IMG/VR virus record: IMGVR_UViG_3300048848_000248
Span: 1 to 30,662 of that record
From: a virus
Lineage: Duplodnaviria; Caudoviricetes
DNA: 30,662 bases
Strand: one strand, 5' to 3'
In this document: piece by piece, positions 17,667 to 25,348 of the stretch
How positions within the stretch are numbered: the stretch's first letter is position 1
Layout: every line of letters begins with the position of its first letter
Translations under genes and position numbers: made by a program
The notes under the pieces: generated by a model
Seen by the model: only the letters and a program-made list of their open reading frames with translations
Told to the model about the DNA's origin: nothing
The model's database searches: none

Positions 17667-18440
17667 TCAGAGCGTCTGGATGTACTGGTTGACTGCCAGT
17701 GCTCGGGCGGACGGGCTGACACCGGACTCCTCCGACTTGGCCCGCTCGGGCTCCTCGTCGTTGGTCACGGCTTGACCGCTGGCCTTCTCCTGGTCATCGC
17801 CCGCCTCGATCTGAGACAGGACGTTCTTGAGAGCGGAGCGGGTCGAGTCCAGCGACTCGATCGCACCCCGCAGGGTCTCCTCGTTCTTCGCCGAGAGGAC
17901 ACGGCCCGCCTTCGCCGCCGTCGCGAAGTCCTCAGCCATCGCCTTGATCGCGACGATCGACGTGTCCTGGTTGGCGCCGATGGGTACGAACGAGAACTCG
18001 TACACCTTCAGCCTCCGGAGCTCGTTGACCTTGCGGCCGTCGTCGAGCTGCACCGTGCCCTCATCGAGGACGTCGTACGCGAACGACAGCTGCGCGAGCC
18101 GGCCGGACTTCGCAAGCCGATACGTCTGCGGGCCCTTGGGTGATTCGAGGTCGAAGGCGCCCTTGACGCGCCACCCGATCTCGTCTTCCGCCATGTCCGC
18201 GCCGACGGCACCGCCGACGAAGAAGTCGGGGTCATCCATGCGGTGCCCGTACAGGGCCGGCATGGTCAGCCCGGAGGCGGTCCACTCGGCGATCGTCTCG
18301 GCGAACGCTCCCGGGGCGACGATGTCACCGTAAGAGTCGGGCTCCTTGATGAACGTCGAGGGGTAGACGATGAACTCGCCCTCTTCCAGCCCGTCGTCGG
18401 GGCCGGCCTTGATGCGCACCGGCATCTGCTTGGTCTTCAT
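17667..18440 (-). CDS. HK97-family prohead protease
   Basis: DSYGDIVAPGAF, LYGH, LSFAYDV and YEFSFVPIGAN motifs. Confidence 0.92.
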   Translation of the reverse strand: MKTKQMPVRIKAGPDDGLEEGEFIVYPSTFIKEPDSYGDIVAPGAFAETIAEWTASGLTMPALYGHRMDDPDFFVGGAVGADMAEDEIGWRVKGAFDLESPKGPQTYRLAKSGRLAQLSFAYDVLDEGTVQLDDGRKVNELRRLKVYEFSFVPIGANQDTSIVAIKAMAEDFATAAKAGRVLSAKNEETLRGAIESLDSTRSALKNVLSQIEAGDDQEKASGQAVTNDEEPERAKSEESGVSPSARALAVNQYIQTL

Positions 18441-18454
18441 TCCGATCCCTTCGG

Positions 18455-20404
18455 TCAGGTGGTGATGCTGATCTCGACGTCGCAGCTGCAACCGGCGACC
18501 TCGTCGACGTCGAGCGCCGAACTATCGCCAGGCCAATTGGCGCCGTTCGAGAAGGTGGAGTCCATCGGCACGGTCTCCCCGTTCAGGGAGGCGTGCGACG
18601 GTCGCGGGTTCGATGAGGTGACGACCCACGTCTTTTCGGCGCCGCCGTTCTGCCGTCCGACTTCGACGGTCGAGAACGCGGTGACGGTCGTGACGAGGGT
18701 GAGGCCCGCCTTCGCGGAACGTTCGCCCTCGGCGAGGTCGAAAACGTGACCGGGGCCGTCGGCATCTTCGGGGCCCTCGCCGTCGAGGATCGCGCTGATC
18801 TGCTCACGGGTCGTGCCGTTGATGGCGTCGGCCCGCTTGTCTGCGATCGCACGGAGGAACGCGTACGTCTGCTCGGCGTTGTACTGGTCGGCGTCGAGTC
18901 CCGCGCGAGCGAGAACCGACTTCGCGACGGCCAGCGACACGGTCGCCGAGAGCGCATACAGGTCATCGGAGAGTTCCGAATTCCAGCGGTCCTCGTCCCA
19001 CCACTCAGGCGCTTTCGACCCAAGCCGTGCGAGGACGGACGCACGCTGCCGCTTGAAGAACGCGCGCAACACCTCCTCCGCTTTCGCCACGTGGTTCGGG
19101 TTCCGCTGCGCCTTCACCCGCCGCGGACGGCCCTTGATCTGCGGCAACTCACCGAGATCCTTCGGGACCTCGTTCTGCGTCCCCGAATCCTGCGGTGACG
19201 CCTGCCCGCCCACGAGGACGTTCAGAGGAATCACGAGTTCGTCGCCACCATCGAGGGCGGGAAGGTTCTGCTTCGCGCGCACCTCGTTGCGAGTCATCCA
19301 CGGAGCCCCAGCGGACTGGGACAGAACCGTGGCCTGCTCCTCGAAGTCACCCTGCAGCTTCTCCGCGATGTTGAACTCCACATAGACCGGCTTGTCACCG
19401 GCGATGCGGGGCACGAGGAACGTGTTGATGCGGTCCTCGATCATCGCGAGCGTCGGCCCGAGAGTCTCGGAGTAGAGCATCTTCCGGAACTCTTTGGTGT
19501 TCGAGAAGTTCGCGTTGTCGAGGATGCCGACCATGACCGGGTTGACGTGGTAGACGCCGGCGATCGTGGACAGCGACAGCTTCGAGACCTCGACCCACTC
19601 CTCCTCGCGAGCGGAGAAGCCGAGCCGCTTGAGCTCCATGCCCTCCTCGAGGATGGGAGTGCCGCCAGCCTTGGCGCCGTCGATGCCGGTCCACCGCTTC
19701 TTCCACTCCTCGGCGAAGGCCTTTCGAGCGTTGTCGGACCAGTTCGAACCTGCGGGGCGCGTCAGGTACGCGCCCACGCGGCCGCCCCGCTGCCAGATCT
19801 GCTCCCGATACGACCAGGCCTGCACCTGCTCGGCGAGGATCTGCTTCAGGGTCTCGATCGGGGAGGCACCGTGCTTGGGCTTGCCCGGGTTCCAGCCGTG
19901 GAAGACGAGCATGTTCTCGGCGGGGATCTGCGTGCGAGTGCCGTCGGGGTTCTGGATGGTGTAGCCAGCGGCGGCGAAGAAGTTCCCGCCGCGCTGCTCG
20001 ACGACCCAGGACGACGGGATCGGCTGAACGGACCAGCCGGCGGGCGCGTTGGCGTCCTCGTAGAAGAACCAGTAGGCGATGTCGTAGAGCCCGAGGTCCG
20101 AGACCAGAGACTCGAGGAGCTCATACCCGGTCATGTTCGCGTTCGGGCGCTTCAGCAGCAGAGCGAGCGGCCCAGTGCGGAGGCGTCGGCGGTCGTTGTC
20201 GTCGATCCGCTCGAATGCGTGAAGCCCGAGGTGGGCGACGTTGCGGGCGACGAACGACAGCACGATCCGCAGGTGCGGCTGGGTGCGGAACAGCTCCTCC
20301 GGCGTCAGCCCGAGGATCATGCTCCGGAAAGTGGGCCCGAAGTACTGGATGTTCGGGGTGCCGTCCATGCCCATCAGGGAGGCCAGAGCTTCACGTACGC
20401 CCAC
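18455..20404 (-). CDS. HK97-type portal protein fused to a MuF-like head morphogenesis domain
   Basis: Portal motifs (G.SPI.TL, ILEEGM, ANFSN, MTRNEVRA..NLP..DGGD) followed by KTW......RPSHA.LNGE.V.....FSNG..WPGD......E.AGC.C. Confidence 0.88.
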   Translation of the reverse strand: MGVREALASLMGMDGTPNIQYFGPTFRSMILGLTPEELFRTQPHLRIVLSFVARNVAHLGLHAFERIDDNDRRRLRTGPLALLLKRPNANMTGYELLESLVSDLGLYDIAYWFFYEDANAPAGWSVQPIPSSWVVEQRGGNFFAAAGYTIQNPDGTRTQIPAENMLVFHGWNPGKPKHGASPIETLKQILAEQVQAWSYREQIWQRGGRVGAYLTRPAGSNWSDNARKAFAEEWKKRWTGIDGAKAGGTPILEEGMELKRLGFSAREEEWVEVSKLSLSTIAGVYHVNPVMVGILDNANFSNTKEFRKMLYSETLGPTLAMIEDRINTFLVPRIAGDKPVYVEFNIAEKLQGDFEEQATVLSQSAGAPWMTRNEVRAKQNLPALDGGDELVIPLNVLVGGQASPQDSGTQNEVPKDLGELPQIKGRPRRVKAQRNPNHVAKAEEVLRAFFKRQRASVLARLGSKAPEWWDEDRWNSELSDDLYALSATVSLAVAKSVLARAGLDADQYNAEQTYAFLRAIADKRADAINGTTREQISAILDGEGPEDADGPGHVFDLAEGERSAKAGLTLVTTVTAFSTVEVGRQNGGAEKTWVVTSSNPRPSHASLNGETVPMDSTFSNGANWPGDSSALDVDEVAGCSCDVEISITT

Positions 20405-20417
20405 TGTGGCCTCCTTC

Positions 20418-21995
20418 TCAGTCGAGGAACATGAGCTCCCGCGTCTCGTAGACGCTCACATCAGGTTCGGGATTGGTCTTCAGGAGCCCCACCGCGCCGA
20501 TGCACGCCATCAGCGGTGCAGCGTCGTGCGGGGAGTTGCGGCGGTCGATGACCCAGCCGTCACCGATAGGGCGGATCGCAGCGGAGTTCGCGGCGGCGTC
20601 CAGCGACGGCCAGAAGCCATGCGTGAACGGCACCGGCTCCGACTCGTCCCGGTCGTCAGCAGTGGCCTTGCGGAGGAGGTCGTAGAACGTGCCGTGCCAG
20701 CCGGCGAGGTCCTGGCCTTCCCACTTCGCGACGTCGATGCCAGCGGCCTCGAAGTCATCAGCGAGCGAGGTGACCGGGGCACCCTTGGTCTGGAACGTCA
20801 CGAACTCGGGGCTGATGCGACGGGCCGGGTCCAGCAGCCACGGGATGATCCAGTCCGTGCCGGCACGCTCCACCGCGATCTCAACACGGGCTCGGCCCTG
20901 CACATCCCAGAACGCGACAGCGACGTACGCCATCTGCCTGTTGTGGGACACGTCGATGCCGTAGCAGGCAGGACGGGACGTGTCGCGTTCCACCTGGTGA
21001 TCGAGCGCCGCCGACCACGACCCGTTCGGGAACGGGCCCACCGCGGCGAGGTTCACGAACTGGCACAGCACCTCAGTGCGGAACACCCACTCCGGGTCCG
21101 TCGACGCAGCAGCCGAGATCGACTTCTCGTCGATGGTGTGACCCAGCGACGGGTTCGCCTCAGACCAACCATCCCGATCCCACACGGTGCGGCCCGGTTT
21201 CGCTGACCACTCGAACAGGCCGAGCGACTCGTCAGCGCCCTCGGACTCGGGAGTCTCGGTGAGGACCGCCATGCCCTCGTCGCCGTCGGGGTAGCCGAGC
21301 GCGCGGTGGGCGATGGTCCGCAGGTGACGCAACACCACCGAGGCGATGTCGCCCGCGTTCGATGCGGCCCACACCTGGGCGAGCGCACGGGCCATGGTCG
21401 TCTTCGTGACCGCGCCCCACGCCTCCCAGTTCTGATGCTCGCGCAGCTCATCCAGAAGGACGAGGTCACCGGACAGCCCACGGCCACCACGACGTGACGC
21501 TGCAGCGACCTTGTACCGTTCGCCGGTCGTGAGGCGCAGCGCCTTCTTGCCGTTGACCTTCACGACCCCACCAGGGGCGATCATGTCCGCAAGCTCGGGG
21601 ATCGACTCGACGAGCTCAACAGCGCCGGCCCACTGCTCCTCAGCGACGTCGAGGTTCTGCGCGGTGCCGATCACCAGGGGTGCGCCCTCGACGAACATGC
21701 GCCACAGCGACAGCACCTGCATCAGCGTCGACTTGCCGTTCTGGCGGGCGACGAGCAGCACCACGGTACGGAACCGGTACGTGCCGTTCTCGTTGAGCTC
21801 GAGCGCGTGAATCAGCAACCACTTCTGCCACGGCAGCAGATGCACCTCGAGGATCGCCTCAGCGAACTCGATGCACGCGAACCCCTTCGACGTCTCCGGG
21901 GTCAGAGGCCGAAGCGGAGGGGTGAAAACTCGGGGAGTCTCGCTACCCAGCCGCTTTGGTTGAGCGGAGCGCAGTGAGCTTGGCCTTTTTGCCAC
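20418..21995 (-). CDS. terL: Terminase large subunit
   Basis: LLPWQ, Walker A VARQNGKS, Walker B LVLLDELRE, SNAG, ANPSLG and GIDVS motifs. Confidence 0.96.
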   Translation of the reverse strand: MAKRPSSLRSAQPKRLGSETPRVFTPPLRPLTPETSKGFACIEFAEAILEVHLLPWQKWLLIHALELNENGTYRFRTVVLLVARQNGKSTLMQVLSLWRMFVEGAPLVIGTAQNLDVAEEQWAGAVELVESIPELADMIAPGGVVKVNGKKALRLTTGERYKVAAASRRGGRGLSGDLVLLDELREHQNWEAWGAVTKTTMARALAQVWAASNAGDIASVVLRHLRTIAHRALGYPDGDEGMAVLTETPESEGADESLGLFEWSAKPGRTVWDRDGWSEANPSLGHTIDEKSISAAASTDPEWVFRTEVLCQFVNLAAVGPFPNGSWSAALDHQVERDTSRPACYGIDVSHNRQMAYVAVAFWDVQGRARVEIAVERAGTDWIIPWLLDPARRISPEFVTFQTKGAPVTSLADDFEAAGIDVAKWEGQDLAGWHGTFYDLLRKATADDRDESEPVPFTHGFWPSLDAAANSAAIRPIGDGWVIDRRNSPHDAAPLMACIGAVGLLKTNPEPDVSVYETRELMFLD

Positions 21996-22260
21996 TCTCG
22001 GCCTCCGTGCTGACGTGCGCCGCGAGGCGAGCGGATGGCGTGGCCAGCATCTCGCGGAGCAGGTTCGTCACGTGCGGGATGAGGTACAGCGCCTTAGTTA
22101 GTTCTTGCCCGTCGGCGGTAGCGACGGCGTCGTCGACCCGGTCAGCGATCGCTCGAGCCGTAGCCACCAGCCCGGAGTCGATTCCCGCCAACAGCTGCTT
22201 GTTAGCCTCGATCGACTCATCAAGCGCCTCGCGGATGCCCATCTCAGGGAAATCAGTCAC
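21943..22260 (-). CDS. terS: Terminase small subunit
   Basis: Helical ~105 aa protein upstream of TerL with L..TPSAR motif; GTGA overlap with the HNH stop. Confidence 0.8.
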   Translation of the reverse strand: MTDFPEMGIREALDESIEANKQLLAGIDSGLVATARAIADRVDDAVATADGQELTKALYLIPHVTNLLREMLATPSARLAAHVSTEAESGKKAKLTALRSTKAAG

Positions 22261-22763
22261 TCGCGCGCCCCCTTCCGAATGTTGCAGAGCAAATGAGAGC
22301 ACTGGGTGTTGGCGTATGAGTGCGCGCCGCCACGAGACATCGGCACGACGTGGTCGAGGCTCGCATCCTCGCGAGCGACCGGCTCACTGCAGAGGCCGCA
22401 GATCCAGCCGTCACGCTCGAACACCCGCAACCGATTCACCGGCTCGTACGGGACTCCGTGCCTGGCAGCCCGAGCTTTGAACGACTTGCTACCCTCACAC
22501 GCCCACGGGACACCCAGTGCGCGCTGCGCCGCCCGGTAGTGGCGGTAGCAGAGCCCCTTCGCCAGAGGCTTCTCGCCACAGACGGTACACGCGAGAGCTT
22601 GCAGCACGCGGGGCTTCTCGCCTGCGGCTCGTCTACGTTGCTCCTGTCGAACAAGCTCAGGCGGTCGTAGCCCCTTCGCCTTCCGCTCCGAGTACCGGCG
22701 CAGCTTGTAGGCGGCGTCACGTTCCCGGAACGACTCGATCGTCTCTCCCACTCGACGGCGCAC
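22257..22763 (-). CDS. HNH endonuclease with N-terminal Zn-binding motif
   Basis: VFERDGWICGLC...SLDHVVPMSRGGAHSYANTQCSHLLCN..KG; GGAGG RBS before GTG 22763. Confidence 0.9.
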   Translation of the reverse strand: MRRRVGETIESFRERDAAYKLRRYSERKAKGLRPPELVRQEQRRRAAGEKPRVLQALACTVCGEKPLAKGLCYRHYRAAQRALGVPWACEGSKSFKARAARHGVPYEPVNRLRVFERDGWICGLCSEPVAREDASLDHVVPMSRGGAHSYANTQCSHLLCNIRKGARE

Positions 22764-22858
22764 AACTACCTCCGCGTGATGGGGTGGTCCCCTCGGGGGG
22801 GTACTGGACACTGCCGGCGGAATGTCCTGCCCGGTCGGTTGCAGCGATTCGGACGCCC

Positions 22859-23062
22859 CTACCCCTTCGAGGGTCGGATGTCGTGTGTGGTCGTGACCCG
22901 GTCACACATGATGGTGAGCGTGACTGCTGGGCCTCGGTCGTCGGTGACTGTTGTGCTGACGCCTTCGGTGGTGATGTACCAGGGGAACTCTTCACCGTCG
23001 ATGGTGAGGTGGAACTGGTCGTCGGGTCCGCGTTGGATGTCGATGTGATGCGCGAGCTTCAT
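22859..23062 (-). CDS. Hypothetical protein
   Basis: GGAG RBS; tight packing; LTIDGEEFPWYI beta-rich sequence. Confidence 0.7.
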   Translation of the reverse strand: MKLAHHIDIQRGPDDQFHLTIDGEEFPWYITTEGVSTTVTDDRGPAVTLTIMCDRVTTTHDIRPSKG

Positions 23063-23066
23063 TGGG

Positions 23067-23210
23067 TCACACTCCGAGGAGTGCGCGGGTGAGTCCGGTG
23101 ATGAGTGCGACCAGGGTGACGATGACGAGGACGACGAACAAGACGCCGATGACGGTGCCTGCTGCGTACCCGTTGCGGTAGGTCCGGGTGGTGCGGTCGA
23201 TGCGGCGCAT
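23067..23210 (-). CDS. Small single-pass membrane protein (47 aa; not in the ORF track)
   Basis: TGATG overlap; MRRIDRTTRTYRNGYAAGTVIGVLFVVLVIVTLVALITGLTRALLGV. Confidence 0.65.
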   Translation of the reverse strand: MRRIDRTTRTYRNGYAAGTVIGVLFVVLVIVTLVALITGLTRALLGV

Positions 23211-23491
23211 CAGTCGGCGGCTTTCGCTGGTAGTTCGAATTCATCTGCGTCAGCTTCGATCGAGTCGGCCATTTCACGAAGGATTCGGGCGAAATCGCGC
23301 TGCACGGCGAAGTGGTCGATCTGGACCTGCAGTGTCACGAAGTTGCGCTTCGCAATCTGAATCGCTTCGGTGCGCGCGGCCGCGATGGTGAGAGGAAGAT
23401 CCATGACTCCGACCACGGTTGGGTCGGAGTCGTTGACTTGGGTGAGGACCTTGACCTGAACGGTCTGTGTGGTGGGGGCGATCTCGGCCAT
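23210..23491 (-). CDS. Hypothetical protein
   Basis: ATG 23491 after GAAGG; C-terminal ARILREMADSIE helix. Confidence 0.7.
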   Translation of the reverse strand: MAEIAPTTQTVQVKVLTQVNDSDPTVVGVMDLPLTIAAARTEAIQIAKRNFVTLQVQIDHFAVQRDFARILREMADSIEADADEFELPAKAAD

Positions 23492-23510
23492 GGTGGGAAC
23501 CAGCCTTCTG

Positions 23511-23780
23511 CTACTCGGGGGTGTCGGCGGTGGGTGCGGGCTGGGCCGTGATGGTTGCCTCACCCGGACCGAAGGGCACGGTGAGCGGCTTCGGCTTGCG
23601 GGGGGCACGCGGCTTCGCCTTCGGCTTCTCGACCTCGTCGGGGTGCCAGGGTGCGTGCTTCGGGCCGACCGTGTAGTGGCCGCCGTCGACTTCGATGTCG
23701 AGGCGGGTGGTGTCCTCGGGGACGTCGTACTCCTTGCCAGCGAGCGGGCCCTCTTCGATGGTGATGCGCTTGGTGCCCAT
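23511..23780 (-). CDS. Hypothetical protein
   Basis: AAAGGA RBS; GPLAG.EYDV motif; Lys/Pro-rich tail. Confidence 0.7.
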   Translation of the reverse strand: MGTKRITIEEGPLAGKEYDVPEDTTRLDIEVDGGHYTVGPKHAPWHPDEVEKPKAKPRAPRKPKPLTVPFGPGEATITAQPAPTADTPE

Positions 23781-23792
23781 GGTGGGGTCCTT

Positions 23793-24017
23793 TCAGGCTG
23801 ATGTCGCGCTCTTGCGCGCGGTGATGAAATCCATGCCGTCTGTCGGCGCGAAGGCCTTCGGCATCACTCTCCCAGTGCCGGGAAGGCCGACTGCGATCAG
23901 GTCGTACCGATCGGGCTCAGTGATCCCCGCGACCGAGAGGACGCTGGCGGTGTCGACCATCACATTGCCCTCGACGAGGAGCTCTTCCCCGTCGACCTTG
24001 ATGCGCTTCGTGGCCAT
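23793..24017 (-). CDS. Putative ubiquitin-like (Multi_ubiq-type beta-grasp) protein
   Basis: AGGAG RBS; 74 aa; IKVDGE...VLSVAGI..PDRYDL...DGMDFITA pattern resembles Multi_ubiq; ORF is confident, fold is inferred. Confidence 0.55.
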   Translation of the reverse strand: MATKRIKVDGEELLVEGNVMVDTASVLSVAGITEPDRYDLIAVGLPGTGRVMPKAFAPTDGMDFITARKSATSA

Positions 24018-24026
24018 GGGGTTCTC

Positions 24027-24311
24027 CTACCAGGTTTCGGATGTGACGCCCGCGGTCACTCCTGCGCCGGCTGACTTGTGCCGGTTGCATTTGTGGTGGG
24101 TGGGCGCTGCGTTGCTTCGTTCGAACTCGAGGTGTGGGTAGTGCTTCACCGCGTGGATGTGATCGAGTTCGAAGGCGTTCGGGGTGTTCTTCTCGGCGGT
24201 CCAGTCGATGGGGAGTCCGCACTCACGGCAGGGTGCGTTCTGTGCCATCCACACGGCTTTGAGTTCTTCTCTGAACTCTCGGCTGCGGCGGGTGGATGAG
24301 CGATCGCCCAC
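24027..24311 (-). CDS. Packaging-associated HNH endonuclease (HK97 gp74-like)
   Basis: PCRECGLPID...FELDHIHAV...P.L.F...N....H..CNR.K, ending TSETW. Confidence 0.88.
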   Translation of the reverse strand: MGDRSSTRRSREFREELKAVWMAQNAPCRECGLPIDWTAEKNTPNAFELDHIHAVKHYPHLEFERSNAAPTHHKCNRHKSAGAGVTAGVTSETW

Positions 24312-24312
24312 G

Positions 24313-24459
24313 CTACGAGTTGAGGCGGCGGGACACGGCTGCGTCGTACCGCTTGCACAGCTGGCATGAGCCGGAGTGTCCGGTGTCGCAGTGGGCGCAG
24401 AAGTCGTACCCGTTGACGACGCGTCGGATGCTGCCGCAGTCGCAGGACTTCATCGTCAT
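24313..24459 (-). CDS. Small Cys-rich Zn-finger-like protein (48 aa)
   Basis: AAAGGAG RBS; CDC, CAHC and CQLC motifs. Confidence 0.65.
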   Translation of the reverse strand: MTMKSCDCGSIRRVVNGYDFCAHCDTGHSGSCQLCKRYDAAVSRRLNS

Positions 24460-24549
24460 GGTGGTCTCCTTTGACGTGGTCGCCGTTCCGGTCACCGTGC
24501 CGCGGGTCAGGCGGGCTGGGTGAGGTGCACGGCAGAGTTTGGGTGCCCG

Positions 24550-24912
24550 TTAGGTGCGGGCGCGTACCGGGTGCCGGCCGCCGCCTGGGTAGTCCCTGTT
24601 CGCTTCGGTCATCGATTGGATCTGGAAGTCGACGGGGCGTGAGAGGTGCGCGGCCGCGTCGATCCAGTCCGAAATCGCCATGTTGGTGAGCTTCCAGTGG
24701 CCGTCGAGGTGTGAGTCTTCGGCGACGGTCGGAAAGAACCGGGCGAAGTCGCCGTCGGGGAGGATCATCCTCAGGTCGACGTCTCGGTAGTCCGGACGTC
24801 GAGTGCACGAGCCGACCAGGTATGTGGTCCCGTCGAAGGCCCGGTTGATGGTCTCCACCACTTGGGCGAGGCGGTAGAACTCGGAGACCGTAAGGTAGCT
24901 CGCCCTTGACAT
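24550..24912 (-). CDS. Stand-alone Pol-beta-superfamily (minimal) nucleotidyltransferase
   Basis: YLVGS....PDYRDVDLRMIL (hGS + DxD) and a third Asp in PVDFQ. Confidence 0.75.
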   Translation of the reverse strand: MSRASYLTVSEFYRLAQVVETINRAFDGTTYLVGSCTRRPDYRDVDLRMILPDGDFARFFPTVAEDSHLDGHWKLTNMAISDWIDAAAHLSRPVDFQIQSMTEANRDYPGGGRHPVRART

Positions 24913-25035
24913 GGGTCATCCGTCCGTAGGCGCCGTTCGGAAGGTGGTTCGCGTCTCACACCCGGTTGTCGGATTCGGCCGGCCACGACGGGCGGCGCTG
25001 TGTCGTGTGTGTGGGTGGGACGCGAAGAAATGGGT

Positions 25036-25068
25036 GAAGCCCCGCTGCATTCCTGCTGGCGGGGCTTC
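25036..25068 (-). terminator. Hairpin between early and late regions (terminator- or attenuator-like)
   Basis: GAAGCCCCGC / GCGGGGCTTC 10-bp stem, inner GCA-GGAA-TGC, then ACCCATTTCTT. Confidence 0.55.
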
Positions 25069-25147
25069 CCGGGACGGCTGTAGCCATCCAACTACTTACA
25101 GTGTGGCGACAATGGCGAATTAATTCCACCGTCCTGGTTTCGGCGTG

Positions 25148-25348
25148 TCATTCGGTTCTGGCGGTCCCGGTCGGTCTGCCTCGGCGGGTGTTCGCTTCGA
25201 CGCGGCGCACGTCGGATGCTCGCACTTCGCGGGTGCCGAGCTCGTTGGTCCTGGCCCGGAGTTTGCCTGCTCTCACCCACTTCCAGATCGAGGACTTGTC
25301 CCGGCCGACGAGGAGTGCTGCTTCGGGGACGGTGAGCCATTCCTTCAT
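25148..25348 (-). CDS. HTH DNA-binding protein (HTH_17-like), possible late regulator
   Basis: WLTVPEAALLVGRDKSSIWKWVRAGKL; ATGA overlap; last early gene. Confidence 0.82.
   Translation of the reverse strand: MKEWLTVPEAALLVGRDKSSIWKWVRAGKLRARTNELGTREVRASDVRRVEANTRRGRPTGTARTE

Noticed and set aside
24550-24912. CBASS CD-NTase or a complete MNT-HEPN toxin-antitoxin pair
   Set aside because: Too short for a CD-NTase, and no effector or HEPN gene is adjacent
24928-25026. tRNA gene
   Set aside because: Only two internal arms; no T-loop consensus or CCA end
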